Source of the DNA: Suipraeoptans sp.
GTDB taxonomy: Bacteria > Bacillota > Clostridia > Lachnospirales > Lachnospiraceae
Direction: 5' to 3'
Assembly: GCA_047973235.1 (NCBI GenBank)
Contig: JBKEBP010000032.1
Span: 1 to 12,066 of the forward strand
DNA: 12,066 bases
Numbering within the stretch: position 1 is the stretch's first letter; each line of letters begins with the position of its first letter. Both the position numbers and the translations under genes were made by a program. The notes under the pieces are model-generated. The model searched no databases. It was not told where the DNA came from and saw nothing but the letters and a program-made list of their open reading frames with translations. Shown piece after piece: positions 1-5,145 of the stretch.

Positions 1-105
1 ATATCCGAAAGAGTATTTATCTGTGAGTGTGGTAATATAATGGATAGAGATATAAATGCTGCAATAAATATAAGAGAAGAAGGTAAAAGATTAGTAAGTG
101 CGTAA
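1..105 (+). CDS. tnpB: 3' end of an IS200/IS605-family TnpB (OrfB) transposase-associated RNA-guided nuclease; the gene continues upstream of the window. Frame 1 reads ...ISERVFICECGNIMDRDINAAINIREEGKRLVSA*
   Basis: C-terminal CxxC zinc-finger half (CECG) followed by the RuvC-III-like motif DRDINAAINI, which is characteristic of TnpB C-termini. Stop TAA at 103-105. AT-rich like the right half of the window. Confidence 0.78.
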   Translation: MSERVFICECGNIMDRDINAAINIREEGKRLVSA

Positions 106-235
106 CTGCACAAAATAATAAAGGAACCGCAGGGCATGCGGGGATAGCTTGTTAACACTTATCCCACTAGGGATATAACACAAGAAGCTCCCACTTCATA
201 AAGCATTGGCTTTAAGTGGTGAGAGTATGTCACAA
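20..235 (+). ncRNA. Putative TnpB omega-RNA (reRNA) scaffold overlapping the tnpB 3' end and the right end. The guide segment would lie at about 220-240.
   Basis: Established TnpB biology places the omega-RNA over the last ~100-150 nt of tnpB plus the RE. Consecutive hairpins at 127-141, 141-165 and 191-219 are consistent with a structured scaffold. Boundaries are approximate and not verified. Confidence 0.3.
152..179 (+). promoter_or_regulatory. Candidate sigma-70-type promoter inside the IS right end that could drive the downstream operon (-35 TTAACA 152-157, 16-nt spacer, -10 TATAAC 174-179)
   Basis: Hexamer matches 5/6 and 5/6 with a 16-nt spacer. It is the only reasonable promoter-like match between the tnpB stop and the first operon gene. 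Confidence 0.25.
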
Positions 236-261
236 TGCAGACAGGATGGATTGAATTAACT

Positions 262-2799
262 ATGCAAATATTTAAATGCAAAATGTGTGGTGATGATCTG
301 AATGTGATAGAGGATCAAAACTGCGGTACCTGCGAGTCATGTGGCTCGACCATGACACTACCGTCGAGTGCCGACGAACGAAAAACCAATCTTTTTAACC
401 GTGCCAATCACTATCGTCGATTGGGCGATTTCGATAAGGCACTGACTGCATACGAAAATATTCTTGCTGACGATTTCGCTGAGGCTGAGGCGCATTGGGG
501 AGTGGTTTTGTGCCGATTCGGCATTGAGTATGTCGAAGATTTGACAAGTGGCGAGCGCATACCTACAGTCAACCGTATGCAGCTAACCTCTGTGCTCAGT
601 GATTCTGATTATCTCGCCACCCTAGAGCATGCACCGGACAACTACACTAGGGAGCTATATGAAAAAGAAGGCTCTGCTATTGCCAACATCCAAAAGGGCA
701 TTTTGGCTGTGTCTCAAGGTGAAGACCCATATGATATTTTTATTTGCTATAAGGAATCTTCCGACAGTGGTACGCGTACCAAAGACAGCGTGCGGGCTCA
801 GGAAATATATCACGCGCTAACCAATGCCGGATATCGCGTGTTTTTTTCACGCATTTCTCTTGAAGATAAGGTCGGACGGGAGTATGAGCCTTACATATTT
901 GCTGCTCTTAGTTCAGCCAAGGTCATGCTTGTTGTCGGTACTCAGGCAGCACATTTTAATGCCGCCTGGGTAAAAAACGAATGGAGTCGTTATCTAGCAC
1001 TTATGAAAAACGACCACAGCCGATTGCTCATTCCCTGCTATCAGGACATGGATGTCTATGATATCTCAGAGGAGCTTTCGATGCTACAGGCACAGGACAT
1101 GGGCAAGCTGGGATTTATTCAGGATTTGCTGCATGGCATTGAGAAAGTACTTAAGAGTGGAACTTCGGAGCCACCAGTCGAAGCCGCTGCATCTGTAATC
1201 GCGGCAGTGCCGGGAGTTGAATCTCTCTGCGAACGAGGTCTGTTATTCTTAGAAGAGGGGGATTTTGAGCAAGCGGATTGGTATTTTGAAAGGGCACTGG
1301 ATATTGAGCCTAGACATGCACCGGCTTATGTTGGCAAGCTCTGTGCAGAGCTTAAGGTTAAAAAAGAACAGGACCTACCCGTTGCAGCTGCAGTTTCACA
1401 TTCAATTGAAAATAGCTCAAATTACAACAGGGCACTTCGTTTTGCCGACGAAGATCTGCGTTCGCGATTAGAGGACTATGCAAAAGAGTCGGCACTGCTT
1501 AAAGATTACAATGCAGCACTTGCTCTGTTTGAGGATAGAAAATACGACGAGGCATTTTTGACTTTTCAATCTCTTGGAAATTATAAGGATAGTGAGGAGC
1601 GAGTTGCAGTTTTTACAGATGCTGTTGAAACGAGGAAGGCGGATACCTATCAATGTGCAGAGGATTTACTTGCTGATGGCAGCTACATTGGTGCCGCAAT
1701 AAAGTTTTCATCTCTAGGAAAATATCGTGACGCGTCTGCTAGGGCAGACAAGTTTGTAAAGCAGTGGAGGCTGGACTTGGCTGAAACGGTCGCTGCCGAT
1801 GGCGATCATACAGTTATGTTGAGGTCAGATGGCACAGTCATTGCTATTGGCGAAAATAAAGACGGCCAATGTAATACAAGTGACTGGTCGGATATTGTGG
1901 GGATTGCAGCGGGGTATCGCCACACTGTGGGTCTAAAAAATGATGGAACAGTGGTGGCTGTTGGTCAAGATGCTTTTGACACCTGCAATGTTACAGGCTG
2001 GACGGATATTGTGGCAGTTTCTGCAGGAAAGAATCATACAGTGGGATTAAAAGCTGACGGAACAGTGATAGCTGTTGGCAATAATGATTCTGACCGGTGT
2101 AATGTGGATGACTGGTCAGATATTGTGGCAGTTTCTGCAGGATCGCATCATACAGTGGGTCTAAAAGCTGACGGAACAGTGGTAGCAGTTGGCACTGGTG
2201 GAAACAGTCAGTGTGAGGTAACCGACTGGATGAGTATTGTGGCAGTTTCTGCAGGAGAGGGTCATACAGTGGGATTAAAAGCTGATGGAACAGCGGTAGC
2301 AGTTGGCAAAAATATCTTTGATCAGTGTGAGGTGACCAACTGGACGGATATTGTGGCGATTTCTGCAGGATCCAAACCGTCAATTGGCTTAAAATCAGAT
2401 GGTACGGTTGTTGCTGCCGGCGGGGTTGCTTGGGACCAGAGTGATGTGGATGCCTGGACGGGTATTGCAGCAATTTCAGCAGGAACACATCATGCAGTGG
2501 GATTAAGAGCCGATGGAACAGCGGTAGCAGTTGGCAAAAATATCTTTGAACAGTGCGAGGTGACTGACTGGACGGGTATTATGGTATACAATAAAAAAAA
2601 TATAAATATAGCAAAACTAGTGGCTGCAGAAGCCGTGAAAAAGACAGGGCTAAACGCTGCAGAGACAGTAAAAAATAAAGAATTAGAGACCACAAAGTCC
2701 GCAAAAAAATGGAAAGACGCCGGCCTGTGCCGCCACTGCGGCGGGAGAATAGGCGGACTGTTGATTAAAAAATGCAAGGCATGCGGCGAGACGCAGTAA
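262..2799 (+). CDS. Multidomain TIR-domain protein. Layout: N-terminal zinc ribbon (CKMCG...CGTCESCG), helical linker, TIR domain (about nt 733-1150, DIFICYKESSDSG...WVKNEW), TPR-like helical repeats (about 1220-1790), seven-blade RCC1-like beta-propeller (1798-2580), Lys-rich linker, C-terminal zinc ribbon (CRHCGG...CKACG). Predicted NAD+-consuming immune-type effector fused to repeat sensor domains.
   Basis: Long ORF in the track (235-2799). I place the start at ATG 262 (MQIFKCKMCGDD), just before the zinc ribbon; 235 is possible but lies inside the IS-end hairpin region. The TIR hallmark motifs include a Glu (codon 979-981, in KNEW) at the position of the catalytic glutamate. Seven ~38-aa repeats of the form xHTVGLKADGTVVAVGxNxxxQCxVxDWxDIVAVSAG are RCC1-like blades. 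Coding sequence is GC-rich. Confidence 0.9.
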   Translation: MQIFKCKMCGDDLNVIEDQNCGTCESCGSTMTLPSSADERKTNLFNRANHYRRLGDFDKALTAYENILADDFAEAEAHWGVVLCRFGIEYVEDLTSGERIPTVNRMQLTSVLSDSDYLATLEHAPDNYTRELYEKEGSAIANIQKGILAVSQGEDPYDIFICYKESSDSGTRTKDSVRAQEIYHALTNAGYRVFFSRISLEDKVGREYEPYIFAALSSAKVMLVVGTQAAHFNAAWVKNEWSRYLALMKNDHSRLLIPCYQDMDVYDISEELSMLQAQDMGKLGFIQDLLHGIEKVLKSGTSEPPVEAAASVIAAVPGVESLCERGLLFLEEGDFEQADWYFERALDIEPRHAPAYVGKLCAELKVKKEQDLPVAAAVSHSIENSSNYNRALRFADEDLRSRLEDYAKESALLKDYNAALALFEDRKYDEAFLTFQSLGNYKDSEERVAVFTDAVETRKADTYQCAEDLLADGSYIGAAIKFSSLGKYRDASARADKFVKQWRLDLAETVAADGDHTVMLRSDGTVIAIGENKDGQCNTSDWSDIVGIAAGYRHTVGLKNDGTVVAVGQDAFDTCNVTGWTDIVAVSAGKNHTVGLKADGTVIAVGNNDSDRCNVDDWSDIVAVSAGSHHTVGLKADGTVVAVGTGGNSQCEVTDWMSIVAVSAGEGHTVGLKADGTAVAVGKNIFDQCEVTNWTDIVAISAGSKPSIGLKSDGTVVAAGGVAWDQSDVDAWTGIAAISAGTHHAVGLRADGTAVAVGKNIFEQCEVTDWTGIMVYNKKNINIAKLVAAEAVKKTGLNAAETVKNKELETTKSAKKWKDAGLCRHCGGRIGGLLIKKCKACGETQ
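1798..2580 (+). repeat. Seven tandem 114-bp (38-codon) coding repeats encoding the RCC1-like propeller blades. Long identical DNA stretches recur between units (e.g. attgtggcagtttctgcagga three times; ggaacagcggtagcagttggcaaaaatatctttga in units 5 and 7).
   Basis: Direct reading of the nucleotide and protein periodicity. The spurious antisense ORFs 1991-2488 and 2490-2804 are by-products of this repeat. Confidence 0.85.
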
Positions 2800-2835
2800 T
2801 TCATCTAGTTATAAAACACAAAGGAGGGGATAAAT

Positions 2836-4290
2836 ATGTCAAAAATCGTAATCAAATGCCCACAATGCAATGTAGAGGTTAATACAGATGTAAGTGCCAG
2901 TGCATACGAATGCCCAATCTGCAATCAGAATATTGATGTTCAGGCACAGATTGCCAAAATGCGCATCTCTAAAGAAGGGCTTGTCTCTATAGTTAAATAC
3001 GAGGGTGGAAATAACACCTTTGTCTGGAAACACCCTATTGAGGACTTCAATCTGGGCAGCCAGCTTATCGTCCACGAGTCGCAGGAGGCCCTGTTCTTCC
3101 GCGACGGCCAGGCCCTAGATCTCTTTGGTGCGGGACGATACACATTAGAGACACAGAATCTACCGCTGTTGGAAAAAATCTATCGGCTCCCCACAGGAGG
3201 GGAGACTCCGTTCCACGCGGAAGTATATTTCATAAATAAAACAGTCCAAATGGGCATTAAATGGGGCACAGATAGCAAGGAGCGTATGTTTGACCCCATC
3301 TCCGGTTTGCATATCGATATCGGTGCGTCGGGCGAGTTTAACCTGCGAGTGGCTGATTCTCGCAAGCTAGTATTGAAGCTTGTGGGTACCGCCGGTGGGT
3401 TAGAGCGTGGCGAGTTGTTGTCTATGGGCAAAAGCGACGGAAATTCAAATGGTATGCAGGGATATTTCCGGGCACTCATCATGACGCAGGTGAAAACCCA
3501 TCTCGCGCAAAGCATCAAGGCACAGAGTATCAACATTCTGGAGATAGATGCTAAGCTTACAGAGCTTTCACAAGCGCTTAAGGATCAGGTTAACGCAGGT
3601 CTTGAGGAATATGGACTGACTATGCCTGAGTTTTTTGTGGTACGTGTTGTTACGCCTGATGACGATTCAAACTTCAAGCGTATGAAGCAGCAATACGCTG
3701 ATCAGTATTTGAAAATCCGTGAAGAGCAAATAAGAAAAACCGAAGCTGAGGCTGCTGCAGAGCGCAAACTGGTAGAAGCCGAAACTGAGGCGCGCATGAA
3801 AATTGTGGGTGCTAAGGGCGAGGCCGAGACCTACCGCCTGCAAGCTGAGGTAGAAGCTAAAGAAATGCAGATGAAGGGATACACCTATCAGCAGGAGACA
3901 TCCCGTCAAGTGGGCATGGAAGCCATGAAGAACGGTATCGCAGGCGAAGGCGGCGGTGGATCGGGTGGTGTACTGGGCGATGTTGCAGGTCTGGGTATTG
4001 CGCTAGGTGCTATGGGCGGCGTGGTAGGCATGACTAAGGACGCGCTTAATCCCATGATAGATGGTAGTCTGCAAAACACTATGGGTGGTGTGGTTACCAA
4101 TAACGCCTCAGAGGGGACGGCTAGAGGCTGGTCCTGCCCAGCATGTGGTAAAACTGAAAACATTTCAAATTTCTGTGGTGAGTGTGGTGCAAAGCGTCCG
4201 GAAACATCATCCGGTTGGGCGTGTAACTGTGGTCAAAATGGTATTACCAGCAAGTTCTGCCCCGAATGTGGAACGAAGCGACCGGAATAG
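2836..4290 (+). CDS. SPFH/Band-7 family protein of the COG4260 type (YdjI-like, 'putative virion core protein' family). Carries an N-terminal zinc ribbon (CPQC...CPIC), central SPFH domain, Ala/Glu-rich coiled coil, Gly-rich hydrophobic segment and two duplicated C-terminal zinc ribbons (CPACG..FCGECGAKRPE and CNCG..FCPECGTKRPE).
   Basis: Strong RBS AGGAGGGG 6 nt upstream of ATG 2836, 36 nt after the gene-1 stop. The N-terminal region (VKYEGGNNTFVWKHPIEDFNLGSQLIVHESQEALFFRDGQALD...) and the coiled-coil/zinc-ribbon layout match PF13421/COG4260 proteins as I remember them. Confidence 0.88.
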   Translation: MSKIVIKCPQCNVEVNTDVSASAYECPICNQNIDVQAQIAKMRISKEGLVSIVKYEGGNNTFVWKHPIEDFNLGSQLIVHESQEALFFRDGQALDLFGAGRYTLETQNLPLLEKIYRLPTGGETPFHAEVYFINKTVQMGIKWGTDSKERMFDPISGLHIDIGASGEFNLRVADSRKLVLKLVGTAGGLERGELLSMGKSDGNSNGMQGYFRALIMTQVKTHLAQSIKAQSINILEIDAKLTELSQALKDQVNAGLEEYGLTMPEFFVVRVVTPDDDSNFKRMKQQYADQYLKIREEQIRKTEAEAAAERKLVEAETEARMKIVGAKGEAETYRLQAEVEAKEMQMKGYTYQQETSRQVGMEAMKNGIAGEGGGGSGGVLGDVAGLGIALGAMGGVVGMTKDALNPMIDGSLQNTMGGVVTNNASEGTARGWSCPACGKTENISNFCGECGAKRPETSSGWACNCGQNGITSKFCPECGTKRPE

Positions 4291-4301
4291 AGGAGGATAA
4301 G

Positions 4302-4973
4302 ATGAAGTTGAATATAAAAAAGTCATTTTGGTATGTGCTTGGTCTCGTGACTGTCATATATTTGGTGATAAGCCTTGCAATACCATTCAATAAAACAGCG
4401 ACCTACTGGCTTGCATTTGCCTTTGGGCTTATCGCGCTTGCGGCACAGATTATCTTTTTTAGGAATGCCTTTGATGGAGCGGAGAAGGTCATTAGCAAGC
4501 TATATGGCTTTCCGATTGCTCGTGTTGGTCTGATTTATCTTGTGGTGCAGGTTGCTATCAGCTTTATAATTATGACCTTTGCCGCGAGTTGTCCATTGTG
4601 GGTGTCAGTGTTACTTGGCATTGTGTTGGCCGCCTTGGCGGGCATTGGACTTACCGGCACTGTGGTTAGTCGTAAGGCGGTAGAAAAGCGTGAAGCACAG
4701 ATTGTCTCCGATAAAACGGACATCATGAAGCAGCTTCGAGCTGAAGCTGAGTCATTTGCCAAATTTGCACCAGAGGAGCTGCGCGTTGAAGCGGGAAAGC
4801 TTGCTGAAGCCATTCGTTACAGTGATCCCGTGACGACTGATGCGTTACAAGAAACAGATACTGCCCTTCTCGTGGTAATGCGCGAGCTGCAGGTGAATAG
4901 TAATGCAGATTCAGTGTTGGCATTTTCAAAAAAATTAGAGGAACGAAATATACGCTGTAAAGCGCTGAAATGA
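4302..4973 (+). CDS. Small integral membrane protein with four predicted TM helices and an ~90-aa cytoplasmic helical C-terminal domain; third gene of the operon
   Basis: RBS AGGAGG 5 nt upstream of ATG 4302, 12 nt after the SPFH stop. The ORF track starts earlier at 4266 in the same frame, but the RBS supports 4302. Hydrophobic segments are FWYVLGLVTVIYLVISLAI, YWLAFAFGLIALAAQIIFF, IARVGLIYLVVQVAISFIIMTF and LWVSVLLGIVLAALAGIGL. Confidence 0.8.
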   Translation: MKLNIKKSFWYVLGLVTVIYLVISLAIPFNKTATYWLAFAFGLIALAAQIIFFRNAFDGAEKVISKLYGFPIARVGLIYLVVQVAISFIIMTFAASCPLWVSVLLGIVLAALAGIGLTGTVVSRKAVEKREAQIVSDKTDIMKQLRAEAESFAKFAPEELRVEAGKLAEAIRYSDPVTTDALQETDTALLVVMRELQVNSNADSVLAFSKKLEERNIRCKALK

Positions 4974-5002
4974 AGGCGAAGCATGAGATAATATGTTTCT
5001 AA

Positions 5003-5048
5003 AAAGCCGATTGATTTTCGATATTGAAAATCAGTCGGCTTTTCTCTC
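5003..5048 (+). terminator. Rho-independent terminator closing the three-gene operon
   Basis: 16-bp stem AAGCCGATTGATTTTC / GAAAATCAGTCGGCTT with one G-U pair and loop GATATT, followed by TTTTCTCTC. Confidence 0.7.
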
Positions 5049-5069
5049 ATAGTCACAAGTGAAATTTCA

Positions 5070-5099
5070 TTTACATATATAACAAGTGTATTGTACAAT
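5070..5099 (+). promoter_or_regulatory. Possible promoter of the glycyl-radical-enzyme operon (-35 TTTACA 5070-5075, 18-nt spacer, -10 TACAAT 5094-5099)
   Basis: Hexamer matches only. AT-rich background makes this weak. Confidence 0.2.
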
Positions 5100-5145
5100 A
5101 ATTGAAAAGAAAACTGATTATCGTGAAATGATAGGAGGATTTGTT

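Larger units (their letters stand above)
1..232 (+). mobile_element. Right end of an IS605-family element: tnpB 3' end plus a structured sub-terminal region. The left part lies outside the window.
   Basis: The TnpB C-terminus is followed by three stem-loops: 127-141 (CCGCA/TGCGG), 141-165 (GGGATA/TATCCC) and 191-219 (CCACTT..AAAGC-attg-GCTTT..AAGTGG). This is the expected layout of an IS200/IS605 right end with its sub-terminal hairpin. The exact boundary is not determinable without the left end or a second copy. Confidence 0.5.

Noticed and set aside
134-156. Palindromes GCATGC (134-139) and GTTAAC (151-156)
   Set aside because: Six-bp restriction-site palindromes occur by chance at this frequency. 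They are already accounted for as parts of the larger hairpins.
235-261. Upstream ATG at 235 as start of the TIR protein (MQTGWIELT...)
   Set aside because: This start would lie inside the IS-end hairpin and guide region, with no better RBS than ATG 262. ATG 262 begins directly at the zinc-ribbon module. 235 is kept as a possible alternative only.
1991-2804. Antisense ORFs of 165 aa and 104 aa (Gln/Pro/Leu-rich, internally repetitive) opposite the propeller-coding repeats
   Set aside because: The protein repetitiveness mirrors the 114-bp sense-strand repeats. There is no RBS, and they sit wholly inside a well-supported sense CDS with conserved domain motifs. These are frame artefacts.
2839-4163. 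Several minus-strand ORFs (78-118 aa, including a Pro-rich 85-aa one at 3906-4163) and a +2-frame ORF at 4061-4300 inside the SPFH gene
   Set aside because: They are expected by-products of GC-rich coding sequence; the Pro-rich one is the reverse of the Gly-rich stretch. None has an RBS or recognisable motifs, and the sense frame is strongly supported.
4535-5098. Three overlapping minus-strand ORFs (68-93 aa) opposite the membrane-protein gene and the terminator
   Set aside because: They are antisense to a CDS with clear TM periodicity and RBS. They have no start context and overlap the terminator hairpin.
5086-5145. Track start of the GRE ORF at 5086 (MYCTIIEKKTDYREMIGGFV...)
   Set aside because: ATG 5146 has a consensus AGGAGG RBS at optimal spacing, and the protein then begins with the family-typical MSSTKRIERLRQEY. 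The 5086 extension has no RBS and overlaps the likely promoter.
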